Shown in pieces: positions 14,201 through 27,204 of a stretch of 64,000 nt of DNA. The notes below the pieces were generated by a model. It worked only from the letters and a program-made list of their open reading frames with translations, was not told the DNA's origin and ran no database searches. The position numbers were made by a program, and so were the translations under genes. Each line of letters starts with the position of its first letter. The first letter of the stretch is position 1. Source of the stretch: Paraspadella gotoi (Eukaryota > Animalia > Chaetognatha); the NCBI GenBank assembly GCA_051294375.1, contig CM119270.1, forward strand, positions 12,337,676 to 12,401,675. Direction: 5' to 3'.

Positions 14201-17200
14201 AGCGTCAAATTTCCTTCTGATAAGAAATCACATTAAATATCACGATTTAAAATCACACCACTGTCTTTTTTAAAAAAGAAAATACTTAAAGAAAAGGATT
14301 TAAACTTGAGCCGTGAATTGGCGTATACAATATATCTGAGAGATAAAAGAGGTGCACGTCCACACGTCTACGGCTGACTTAATATGAAAAGTATAGAAAT
14401 GAGATGGTGACTACGAAAACAGACTTTCACTCACCAAATAATCTTCTTCTTCGTCTGAGAAATGTGAAAACTCGCGTCACTATCCATCCTTGGCAACATC
14501 ATCGTTATCATTTTCAGCAGCACCAGCATCATCATCAGTAACTTCATCGTCGACATGGTCATCGTCAACATCATTGTAAGAATCGTCTTTTCCAATAAAT
14601 CCAACTCAAAATCTCATGAAAAAACTCTCACCACGAAATCACTTGCCTTTTTCTTAGATCCGTTGAGAAATTCTCGGTACATATCGGATCGTAAGTATCG
14701 GGTGTAGCTGTCGTTCTTCATCAGGTTGAAAATGTGCTCCTGTCCAGGAATGTTAAAGAGGTCGATTAACTTAATAAGAGATTTGGCAATGTGATATGAA
14801 TGTGATATGAATATCACCATCACAAGAACGAGGACAACCATCACGATATATCTGTCGTAACCGACTGATATTACCCGACTAAGTTCAAATGGATATTTGA
14901 CCTAATGAAACTCATTATTTTCACCTTGCTTTTTATTTATTTTTCTATTATTGCTTTCAATTTTTCTCTTGGAACGATAATACTTATTAGTAGTCGTATT
15001 TTCGTGTAAATGAGTTCGTAATTTTTTATTCAGAAAATAAATCGAGACACCGTCTTAAAGTTGCGTCTTATATTAATTAAATCTTTTTTTTTCTGAAATA
15101 AAAGAAACAATTTGACAGTTCAAACGATAAATAAGCATTGAGCTAGACTAATAGCACTAATAGCACTAAAAATAAAACGATAATTCCATAAAATTCAACA
15201 ATTAGGGATCACTGTAAATTGGATAAGTATTAAGTATACCAATGAAAATCAGGAGTAAATATTATCATTATGGTACCTAACATTTAAACTAGGCCATTGG
15301 CAATTTTTTTAAACGTCATAGACAGAAATATATGGAAAAATAAATTTTTTTTGAAGCACCTTATTTCTCATATGGAAAATAAATCTAATGCTCGTTATAC
15401 TCGCAGTGCTTGTGATGACGTTTAAAGAACAAAAAACCTGTTTTACTATTTGATTATGCTTTTTTCTTTTTTAATCAATTTATGAATTTATTAATAATTC
15501 ATAAAAGTTGAGAAATATTGCATTATTTGCTCAAACTTGTTTTTTTTGTCAACTAACTCTTAAACATCGTTAACATTTCCGAGATATACCTCACTCTGCG
15601 ATTGGTAATTTCTTTCAAGGTGACTTCACCTGCGCTTCGTCGAAAGTGTGACGATCCGTCAACTGGTTGTTCACTTTCCTCATCGTGATTTCGGCGACGC
15701 GTGAATCAACGTTGATGGGAGATTGTGCTTGGGGTCCCAAGAACTCGCTGGAAGAACAAGAAGAGTTTCCGTGCATTACGGATCTTTGGATCCACTTGGT
15801 TTGTACCGGCCGGTCACTCTTATGTCAAACTTTGTCAATGGGGTGGGTCAGAAGTTTGATTTGGGAACCCTCCCAAATGAAACTTCATACATTTCTGAAA
15901 AAGCTTTCAATGGACCAAATTTTTCTAAAATGGCTAGAAGCACTAGTAATTAATTTTTTAATATTTATTTATAGATAGGAAATGTCAAAATATTTTTTTT
16001 GAATTTTGTATTTTTAAAAGCAGATTCAGATAGCTTATAAAAAGTTGTCTACACAAAGTATAATTCTTTTTTAAATATTTTGATGATAAGTGGGTCCAAA
16101 TTGGGAAAAACTTTAAAAAATCAGAGATGGGGCGTTTGTTCATTGCACTAATACGGTGGAAAAAAGGAAATAGAGATAGCAAAAACACTAATTTATAATA
16201 ATTTATAATAATTAATAATTTATTGGCTGAATAATCAGACTTACTTATATATTTCATTGACTTTGACCGCCACGTCTTTGCTCGGCAACATTTTTAGTTC
16301 TTGACAGGCAACCCAAAATCTAGGAAAAAAATATTGTCAAAATATATTATATGAAAAAAAAAACTTCCCTTCATCCAAATCTATTTAGTTTACACATTTA
16401 TTTATTTATTTATTAATATCTATATATCATATCTATTTGACCTGAGATTCTCGCCAGAAAATTCCTTGTCAAGGAATTTGGCGAGTTGATCCTTCCCCGC
16501 GGGATCCTTGAGGAGCTCGTTGAAAGAGAAGCCCCACCGCTTGACGCGCCGCTGGGGGATGTCCTTCAGCGTCTTCTCCTGCTCCCAAAACTCGGTGCCT
16601 TCGGAGATCCAGGGGTTGGAGGGATCGGGGGTCGTCATGAACGGATCGAAGTCCGAGTATTGTTCGAAGTAGTTGCACATGCTGAGTGGGAAGGAGAAGC
16701 TATTTGATTCTATCATTGACCGTTTGACAAATAACAACTTTAACTAAATATTAATCAATTGACCGATTGATATTCGATAACTGATAATTAACAACTGATA
16801 TTTGAAAACTGATTCCCGATAAATATTGTTATTCATTATCATTATCTAGGAATATAAAAACATCGAGTTACATGTACTACACAATTTTTAGAAAGATATG
16901 AATATCGAATAATGCATATTGTGTAATTTCGATAATTACGATTTCATAACAACTACTCACGCGTCGGCCACTTTGGAGACTTTCCACCGACGCCGGTCGA
17001 GACTCCCCTGGAGTTTGATGACTTCGTTCTTGACGTCGTCGATGTTGACGGGGAGATCCGAGAAGGAGACGGAGGGGGAGATGCGTCCGCCGGGGACTTG
17101 GTAGGAGGTCTGGGGGGAGGGAGGTGTCGGAGAAAAGAAAGAGGGACTCGGAACGATTAATTAATTGTATCTTTTGTAAGAGAGATGAAAGACTAAACCC

Positions 17201-19157
17201 ACCACGCAAGGTAGCATATTAGGCAACTACAATAACCTTCCTTTTTTCCTCTTTCTCGTGCAAGTCGGTCGCGACGGCCACTTTGCCCTAGCTTTGGCAA
17301 TGACCTTCGACCCGACTGGACAAAGTAAGAGGACCGAGGAAAACGTAAGGTCAAGTTGGTCCCGGTGTTGATGTATGTGGACCCGTAAACAACATCACAC
17401 TATTTTCACTTCGATAACATATTTATTACGTGAATAGATAATTTATGTATTAATCGTACCATTTTCGTTTAGCTCTCATTAATCCATTCGCAGCTTAGAC
17501 TCGCCTTGGTGGTAATCAAGGGTTTGTTCATCTTGCAGGCTTTCTTGATGTCGACCTCGGTCGTGTTCACGCATCCGGGTACGGGGCGGTGCACGTCCCA
17601 AAACGCGCGCTCTTGAGAGTCTAACACCTTCCGCTCCAACTTGTCGCGCTTTTTGTCGATCCTGGGAGAGTGACAAACGTCTTTTGCATTAAAAACCACT
17701 TTATCGATCAATGTTACTGTTTGATCAAAATCTAATATTACGTACGAAATAAATTACCGGCTAATTTTTACGTACAAATTAAAATAAATAACAAAATATA
17801 AACATTGCTCAAGTGATATACTTGGCCTGAGCCTCCGCCTGCATAAAAATGAATTCCCATTTCCGCGAGAACATCTTTTGAAGTCTGGCCAGATTCTCGG
17901 CCTCGTAGTCGACCAATTCTAATCGGGTCTTGTTCTGCATCGTCCTCTTGCACAGATACACGGCTGATCAGTGATCAGTATTTAAATGGGAAAGAAAACG
18001 TTCGGAAAAAAACAAAAACAAAAAAAAACAGGGGAAAATTATAAGGTCATGAAAGATTCAGTGGATGTAAACTGCTTTTTCTTGATTCATTTATCTCAGG
18101 CTGTTGATAAAAATATTCGTGCTATCTCACCGTAATCAATGTTTTCCGGTTCCCAGTGATTACTAGGCCAATAATACGGAGTTTGAAACCTGCAAAGTGC
18201 GAACACATATACACGAATTCTACTATTACAGTTAATCCAGACTTAGTAAGGTATAATGATTATAATTCGACCGGTAAAAAGTGTTGTCGTTTTTCACAGT
18301 GAGAACGTGATCGTCGATGGGAAAGAAGTAGCCATGAGCGGCCATGAGGTGAGCCAAGTGAAGGGCCTCTTGCGTGTCCTCGATGTCCAGATTTTTCATC
18401 ATCCAAGGAATCAAGTCGGTACCTGTTGTGAATTTTCGGTCAATGTGAAGAAGCATCGGTTCGAGGATCTAACGTCGCGTGAGAGGGAGAATCACGCTCA
18501 CCCGTGAAAACGCTTGGAATTTTCGCCATAAAACTCTTGACCGTCTTCACCGGAACTCCTTGACGTTCGTCTTGCATCCTCTTCACGATTTTCTCCATCT
18601 TGAAAAGATGAAATTACGAAGATGTATTACTTTGGAACAAAAAATTAGATTTTTCACGGCAATTGTACCGCAGTTTTCATCGGACGTTTCAACCTTTGTA
18701 AAAAACGAAGCGTGAACTTAAACGGCATTGTAGTTGGTAATAACGTTTAAAAATCTCACCATAAATCGAAAAATTATCTAATGTGTATGTATAAATTGTA
18801 TATGTATAACCGTTGTAAAAGAATAATGTCGGAGAGAAGTGATGACGACTTACGATGGATTTCGAACACGACTCACCTTGGCGTAGACGAGCAGGTTGGG
18901 CATCTCGTCGGGCGACATGGCGCCGTTGATCATGGCGTCAGACTTGGAGGAGGGGATGGTCGAGCCGGCGTTGGGCATACCCGTCGCAGGGTTGGCGGAA
19001 TCGTTGGAAGACAATTGAACTGAAGAGGATTTTAAATTAAACAAATTTACATTAAATGTAAATCGAAAAAAGATTCGCTTTCTTAAAAATAATTTTCGTC
19101 CGACATAATGTTTTTCGCTTTTGGTGGAAAAGGAGAATTATCATCATCATTATAATA

Positions 19158-19247
<90 letters not shown>

Positions 19248-19300
19248 TATCATCATCATCATCAATCATCATCAATCATCATCAATCATCATCATCATCA
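11269..19300 (+). repeat. Copy 2 of the large direct duplication (the cleaner, largely open-reading copy)
   Basis: Colinear with 1-8520; the conserved RGS7 exons are intact here. Confidence 0.97.
13041..13480 (-). CDS. Possible terminal exon of the RGS7-like gene (Pro/Ser-rich C-terminal tail)
   Basis: GC-rich block downstream of the RGS exons; minus frame reads ...GPSPRKSAPSPRKSTPSSPSPSPSAAAAG...LSPQP*. The splice link to 14435 could not be resolved. Confidence 0.4.
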
Positions 19301-19903
19301 TCATCATCGACTTTTTCTTTTCTCTCTCGTTTTTTTTAACAAAGTCTAGAATTGTTTCTCTTTCTTTTTTAATTCTTTCTTTTATTTCTTTTCTCTCGAG
19401 TCACAATGAACGGACGATGAAAAAAAAATCAATTCTTTCGGGAGAGAGAACAGAGAAAGTCGGGCACGCTACTACAGCGGGCTCAATGATTATTACAGAC
19501 GTCATCGGGATATTACATATTCATTTAACAATACCGGTTAGTTATAGTTAACAGAATGATCTTATATATATTTGGGAAAATTTTTTTTAAAAATCCGCAA
19601 TATTTCCAATATTGGTACAACCAATATAAAAAAAATATCCATATAATTAAATAGTAAACGAAAACGAAAAGGTAAAATTTATCACGCTGCCCCCTGCCGA
19701 GCAGTACCAACCTCTGCTAACCAAGCAAGCAAAGCCCCCCTCTCAAATCTTGCCCTACCTAACGACGCCGAATTAGAAATACCCCGTCGAACCGGCGCCG
19801 GACTTTTATCGCCGACGTCGCCCAACGCCTGGGCCTTTTTGTCCGCGCCGCCTATGACGGCGTCGTCGGCGCCGGGACGATTTGGCGCCACCTCTGCGTC
19901 CAT
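14435..19903 (-). CDS. RGS7: Regulator of G-protein signalling, R7 family (RGS7/RGS6/EGL-10-like; DEP-DHEX-GGL-RGS)
   Basis: Exons: 19903-19759, 19019-18877, 18598-18502, 18422-18272, 18189-18131, 17963-17822, 17661-17505, ~17385-17237 (noisy, frame unresolved), 17109-16961, 16681-16442, 16319-16245, 15747-15630, 14739-14647, 14454-14435; phases match at all other junctions. Translation includes [80 protein letters not shown] (GGL), [10 protein letters not shown] and [13 protein letters not shown] (RGS). Confidence 0.95.
19140..19307 (+). repeat. (AAT)n/(ATC)n microsatellite in an RGS7 intron
   Basis: Directly visible. Confidence 0.95.
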
Positions 19904-20519
19904 TTTGATCCGATGAAGGCTGGGTGGAGGATCAAGACGTATTCGTCAGTTACAGTACGGTTATATTGAGCGGTTTTAAAGATTCAACTTCTTTTTTTAA
20001 TAAACGTCATTTAATGTTATTTTTTTAGTTGAAAATACTCGATCTTTTTTCTGTCTTAAGATGAAGATGTTTCGATGAAGCGATTTAAGATAAAAAAAAA
20101 AATTTCAATGTTTTGAAAATCGTTCTGTCATCAACTTTCGTCATATGTTGTATCTAAAGCTGGAGAAATTGGCTGCTGTAGAAGATGAAGGAACAGGCGA
20201 ATATCGAACATATCAAGCTGATTCGAGTACTTTTTTTATCTACTAGTTCTACTAGTTTTATCTGCTTTTATGATTTTAATATGTAGTATGTACAAGATGA
20301 TCGATATGCAACCAGATTATTTGTAACATAAATGTAAAAATAAAATGAATCATTGTAAGGAGATAGCAGCGATTATATTTGCAAGCAAAGATCCAAAAGT
20401 TTTATTGTATCCTTCCTACATTTATTAAAAACTAAGATTCTAAGATTCTTTATTAGCGGCCTGTACTATAGATCAGCGTTGAGACTACTAATTAGTAGTA
20501 AGTGTTAATCCTTCCCTAC

Positions 20520-21050
20520 CTCCGTTACGTAGAAGTCATGCCGAAAATTCCAAGGAATCGAGGGGCGGATCTGAAAACGGCAAGGGCATATCCCTTGGAG
20601 GCTGGACCGAATCTCCAAACGGCGACGGGCTGGTCTCGTTTCCCTTTTTTCGACTCGAACGGAGAAAAACACTTTCTCTCTCTCTCTCTCTCTAGTTTCT
20701 TCTCTTCCTCGTCGCCACACGAGAGCGCGCTCCGCGCCGCGACGGAGGCGGGAGATAGCGGGTGGGTGGCGGCGGCGCGGCGAGGTGGGCGATGACACGC
20801 GGCGGCTGCGGCGCAGTGCGAGGCGGTGTTCGGGCAGCAGAGACGGAGGAAAGGGCTTCGGCTGCGACCGTAGCAGCCGCCAGTAATTCGTCATTCTCGT
20901 TTCGCAGAGAACCGCGCGCGCGCTCTTGACGCAGCGGAGCGGCGGGGAACGTGCGCGAGCGCGGCTGCACCGCTTCATTTGTTTTGTTATTCTGGGCGCG
21001 TGAGTCGACGTCAACAAACTCGCGCGTCTGCAGACTACGGAGATGAAGTC
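20520..21050 (-). promoter_or_regulatory. CpG/GC-rich island; likely promoter and 5'UTR exon of the RGS7-like gene
   Basis: GC-rich island upstream of the ATG, with a candidate donor GAG|gtaggg at ~20520 and an acceptor ccacccag| 16 nt before ATG 19903. Confidence 0.5.
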
Positions 21051-21686
21051 GAAAATCGAAAAAGGAGATCCTTTTTTTTTCATTTTTAGAAACTTTGGTT
21101 TTGGTTTTTGGGAATTATAATGGTTTAATAAGAAATATCTATTCAATTGTGCTGAAATTTTGCACTTTTAAATACAAACTATGATTATATGTAATGGAGC
21201 TTAGTCTTCAGTTCAAATCGTTTGGACATACGACGGAGATGTATAGATAACTATTTAGAGAACCGATGATCAGAATCTAATCTTAATAATTTGTGAGATT
21301 CCGAAAGTTTTTTTATTGTTTAAAATGTGGGTCCCGGCATTTAATATTTATATAAAGTGGTCTGTTGGGGTACCTAATTAAAATTACAAAGGAATATACT
21401 ATTTACTTCAACGAAAAAACAAATGATCATTGTTTAGAAATTTCTCTTCGGAGGTCACGCTCAACGGCAAAAGTTAAACAAAAGGGTACATATTATGTTT
21501 GCGGAATTTTAAGGCTTTTTTCGTTCATGCAATTCAAGTTATTTTAAATATGTCTGAATTTTACTACATTTGGTCATGACATAAAAATCCAGAAATAAAA
21601 TATCTAAACTTATAATACTAAAATCGAATGAGATATGGTTCATTTCGCCAGTTTAATAATATTTTTTGTTTAGAAAGTTGCTGTTA

Positions 21687-21819
21687 CATTATCTTGTAAG
21701 AGAGATGGAGGCCTTAAACCACCAAAGCCTGTCCATTGTCCAGTGTCCAAAGTCAGGGGCAAGATAGCTTATTTATTAAATGAATGGATAATTTTTATAT
21801 TGGTTGTACCAATTTCATA
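21687..21819 (+). mobile_element. Longest copy of a short dispersed repeat family (~9 copies in the window)
   Basis: Shared end ...GGATAATTTTTATATTGGTTGTACCAATTTCAT also at 22149-22204(+), 22846-22914(+), 48499-48520(+), 10326-10394(-), 19612-19640(-), 31202-31315(-), 34169-34212(-), 37710-37732(-); copies are variably truncated at the other end. Confidence 0.85.
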
Positions 21820-23723
21820 TACTAATCGGCTATGTCAAAGTGATAACCGGCAGTCGTAAAAACATGATAAGGTAATTTTTTATAAAACAGGCTATCCTCA
21901 ATGGCAAAACAAAACGTCTTGTTACTTTGTTTGCTTCATCAGTTTTTGCTGCCATCTCGTGTCTGATATCGTACCTCTCTATTGTTATTAAGACAATTGC
22001 ACAGTAGTCCCATCCTTTAGATATAACTTTTCGTTTAAGACGGCATAACTTACATAGTAATTTATAATTAATGCAGCTTTTATAGGATTAAAAGAGTTAT
22101 AAATTTTAAATTATATATAATAGATGACAATAAATGATGACAATAACTAGATAGCTTATTTATTAAATGAATGGATAATTTTTATATTGGTTGTACCAAT
22201 TTCATTTATTTCAAGTCTAACAGTTTCAAACAAAACTTGAAGTTTATTCGTAATTTTTATTTTATTTTAATTAGTCTTAATGTTAAACATGACAATTCAA
22301 TAACTTTCAATGAATATTATTCCCTAGCATCAAATCAGCTAATAAAATAAAACCTATATATAAACAACGAAAACCAAACAAATAATTTGATCGTAGCCTT
22401 TAAAAAAGGTGGGCAATGCGTGACTGGCCTCGTATTGTTTGCTGCCCTCCGAGTCGTAATTGCCTCACGTCAATCAGCCATCGCATGTTCACCGAAGCTC
22501 GCAACGACGTTCACCTCCAGATCACAGATTGTCGAAAGCAGGCGGACCGGCGTGCGATGTGGCCAGGATCGACCCGGTGAGAAAGAAGAAGGGGGGAAGG
22601 GGAGGGAAGGGGAGGGTTGAGAAAAAGGGAAGGAAATAAAGTAACGATTATATTGACAGTAAAATAGTAAAACATAAATGAACAAAAAGAAAGAAAAAAG
22701 ATACAAAACAGGGAAATGAAAAAGAAAAAAAGGGAAAAATGAAGGGGAAGAAAAAAAAAGAAAAAAGGAAGAAAAGAAAAAAGAGAAAAAAAAGGGAAAA
22801 AAGATTAAAAAATAAGAAAATAAAATAAAATAAAAGCCTGTAGCGAGTCAGGGACAAGATAGCTTATTTATTAAATGAATGGATAATTTTTATATTGGTT
22901 TTACCAATTTCATAGAAAAAAGAGAAAAAATAAAAAAAAAAGAAAGAAAGAAAAAAAAGAGGGCAAGAAACAAATCGGATGACAGCAGAGAAAATAAAAA
23001 TAGGGGAAGGAGAAAAAGAAAAGTCCGGGAGAAAAAGATTAAGTAAAGGAAAGAAAAAAAAACATGGAGATATAAAATGGCCCAGTCATCGAAGCAGAAC
23101 GATTTAACCAAAGGAAGGGAATTTGACCGAAGAAAAAGTAGAACCGAAAAAGATTAAAAAAGCATTTGAGCTGCCTGTGAGGCTGTTAGGCTGTGAGGTT
23201 GTGACGGACCAAGCGAAAACCAGCCCTCAAAAAAACAAGAAAAAACTGAGAAATTCTTAAAATTCTTAAATTGAGAGAGTCTGATAAAAGTAAATAGTAG
23301 TCCGGGGAAATGTTGCTAGTAAACTGGGAAAAATTGACAGACCAACATGGCGACTTACCGACTCGCGATGAAGTCAAAATCGGCAGCTGCAGAGGGTATG
23401 CACCTTGAAAATCCAATTTTATCTAGAATCAAAATTCAATGGTGATATATATAGTATTATACACCTTATTACACACATATATCTTACACACACATTTATT
23501 CAACATATTCAAAACATCACCTTTTCATTTTCCATAAAGTAGTGGCTCACGAAATATTCACCAAACAACTCCTTACAATTTGTTTACTTATTTTTCCTTC
23601 TTTTTCGTGTTCCTCTTTTTTACGGTCAAATTCTCGGTTCTACGGTTGACCGAACGTTCCGCCTCAATTATACTGTAAGGACTAAGGACAACGTATTTGG
23701 TTTCATCTTTCCCCATTTTTTTC

Positions 23724-23762
<39 letters not shown>

Positions 23763-23771
23763 CTCTTTCTC

Positions 23772-23819
<48 letters not shown>

Positions 23820-26124
23820 TATTTTTTCCCTTCTTTCTTTCTTTCTTTCTTTTTTCTTTTACTTTTTTCTCGAAATTTTCTAATTTTTCTTTTCTTCCCC
23901 ATTTCCCTTTAATGGAGGTTATAATCGCTTTATCATTTTAAATTAAAGTTATAATTGCTTTTAACCCCCGAAATTCAGTACGAAAAAAAACAACTGAAAA
24001 TGTAAATTGTAGATTAAGATTAAGATTAAATTAAATTACTATTAACCAACCGGGCCAGCGCGGCTCTTAATCTAATAACTTTGCTGCCTGGGATCAGAAC
24101 AAGATTTTTTTCTCATGTGATGGCGAAATTGCAAGGCAATGTCCAATTGACCATCAGTCCGTTCGTCCGTCCGTCAGACAATAATCAATTAGCAAAGATG
24201 CGAGAAAAACTATTAAAGTCACATACTGGTCTTCAAACTCGGAAAAAAATTACTCACAATGTCAAAATTAATTTCATTATAAAATCAACGCAATCGTATA
24301 TATATAGTCTTTATGAAATATTAAAATTTATTTTTATACAATTTTGACTTAATTAAAACCCAATTATTCAAAAAATACATATATTTTAAATGACAGTTTT
24401 AGTTAACATAAAAACGAAGAAAGGAAACAAACGTCGAAGGCTCGTAAAAAAAAAAGCTCGGTCCGGATGAGGAAGAGGGGTTGACGAGGAAAGGATAAAA
24501 AATGAGGAGGAGGAGGAACCGGGATGATGAGGAGGGGGAGGAGGAGGAGGAAAAAGTCTGGCCGTCACCTGCGCTGGCGCCAGGGCTTTTCGAAAATCTG
24601 TGGGAAACACTTGAGTTAGTGTGAGCTAAGTGAAGAAGAGCCGCGAATTTCGGAAACGAAAACAAGGGAACATCTCGAGGGATGGTTCGGTGGTCGGAGC
24701 CTGAAAGCCGATAAAGAGCGACGCCCGGCTGCGGTCGTCGCCTAGTTACAATTAGAGGGCCCGCCAGTTGAATCACGACGAAGAAGCCGAAAATTGCTTT
24801 TTTTTTCTCCCCCCCCCCTTGTTCGTGGAATGGAGAAAGTCGCGCGAGAGTGTAACAGGCTAGGCCTTTCGGGTGTGTTACAAGAACAATTTCTTTTTTT
24901 ACCAGTCGAATCTCGGCGGACTCGGTTAATCAAAGACGATCTCGGGCGATGCGATTGGAGCGATGAGATTAGAGCGATCGAACGCGATCCGAAGAGATTC
25001 AGGTGATCTATCTCGAACGATACAATAGAACTGAAAATATTTTTAGTAATTTTAAAGTATTTAAACCTAATTATAAGTAATAAATGATTCAACCACTTAT
25101 GAATTTTCATAATACTAATTTTTATTTATACTCTATTTATTTAAATAGAATATATAGTCAGATGACAAAAGTGAAAATTCAAAACCACATCTTAAAAATA
25201 AATTTAAAAAAAGCTACAAGCAGAAAAATACGTATTTAAGAAATATATAATTATTTAACAATTATTACTATTACATTCACTAAATTAGAAAAGCAAAAAT
25301 TACTTAAAAATAAATTTTAAACAATAACAAAAAAATTCGCTATCCCTCAGAAATTGGTTTAACTACTTTTTTATTTAATTTTTTTAGATTTAAAAACAAC
25401 AGAATAACGTTACCAAAAAAAAAAAAAAATTAAAAGTATTTTATTATTTCTACTATTATCATTTTCAAATCTATATATAAGTGAACGTAATGATTTTACA
25501 AGAATAAGTTTAAACTTTTTCTTTACTCTTCCTCTTCTTTTTTTCTTCCTCCTCCTCCTCCTCCAAGTTAATTCCATTGTTTTCATGCCTTCGCTCCAGA
25601 CGGGAGGAGACGAGACTGGCGTCAGTCCCCAGATGCGAGTAAACAAAATCCAGCTGCATCAGCATTAAAGCTGCGGCTAAATCCTCCTCTTTCTCCTCCT
25701 CCTCCTCCTCCTCCGCCCTCCACGCTTCTAAAAATTAACGAATATAGAGTATAACGTTCACCTTGCCATCTGCGGTGAAGGATTTACTACTGTAAAATGT
25801 TATTTTTTTCTTTTTCTCAATCTCAAAAGTCTCGTAGTGCCCACCTTCCTCTCCTACCCCCCCCCCGAGTCCTAGCCCCCCCCCGAACAAATCAAAATAA
25901 TAATCGTTGGGATGGTGTTCATTTCTTTACTATCAAGGAAAAAAGTATATAACATTTTTAATAAAGGATATCTATTAGAAAACTTGTTTGATTTAAAAAA
26001 GGTTATAGGCCAAAAAATATTGTTACTTCTAATAAAAATAGAAAATAGGGAAAGAAATGCAACATCAACATCGGGTCTGAAAAGAATTGCGTTAAAGATG
26101 TAGAAAAACATTTTACTGTCATAT

Positions 26125-26330
26125 CTCAATTTGCTGTATGAGAGCATGCCCAAACGAATGCAGGCAGTAGTCGATGCCGAGGAAGGGCAAACCAAATATT
26201 GAGAATGTTTTACCCATGTTTTGTATACTTTTTATTGAATAAATAAATTATGTTATATACTTTTTTCCTAGATAGTATTCGCCAAAATTAATCTCCGTTC
26301 GTCAATACTCTTAATTTTTGTATAGCGATA
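26125..26330 (+). mobile_element. Tc1/mariner transposon 3' remnant
   Basis: 26125-26202 translates LNLLYESMPKRMQAVVDAEEGQTKY*, matching the Tc1-family transposase C-terminal motif SMPxRxxAVxxAxGGxTKY; the rest of the ORF is missing. Confidence 0.8.
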
Positions 26331-27167
26331 TTACTTAAAATAAGCTTATTAATAAATATTAAAAAGATACAGAGGTTCGGCAATTGATTGTCTCGTCATT
26401 GTAAAAGCGTCATCAATTCAATCTGTGCAAAAGCAAAAAAATTTTTTTTGCCAAATATTTCGACATGTGTTTTCATATCATCATCAGTGGCAGACAAATT
26501 TAATCACGCTTACTGTGCTTGTAATGACGTTAAAACAATGTCATCAATTTTATATTTTTTAAGCTTTTAACATAAATTTTTAAAAAAATCTATAAATACA
26601 TTTATTTCATAAAAAGGCAATACAAAAGACGGCAGATAATTTAAACATAATTTTTTAGGCATATAGAATTATCAATTCACATATATTTTACTAGCATTAA
26701 TTCTATTGATCTTATTAAAAATAATTTAGAGCATAAATAAAAATTGGAGAAACACTTGAACAATGAACGTTAACGATTGCCTCATTTACAAACTAATTTA
26801 GTGTCTTACCAGTAAACTTTAATTTCGATATCTCGATATCGAATTCGATTAAAGAAGAAACGGGAAAAGAAAAAAAAACAACAAATGAATAACAAGAAGG
26901 CGGAGCTGTAGAGGCTGCTGGAGCCGCGGCTGTGGCGGCTGCTGGAGCGGCGGCTGGGGCAGGTCGCGGAGCGGGAGGTCGGCTCGCAGATGTCGACTGT
27001 AAATGGCCGCTGGCTCCCCGCCGCCCTGGCGCCAGCGCAGCCGGTCTGGCGTCAAGGAGTCGATAGGAGTAATTGAAAGAGGATGAGGAGGAGGAGGAGG
27101 AAGAGGAGAAGGATGAGGCGGAGGAGGAGGATCGGATCTATCGATCTCAAAAAGAAATAGAGAGAGA

Positions 27168-27204
<37 letters not shown>

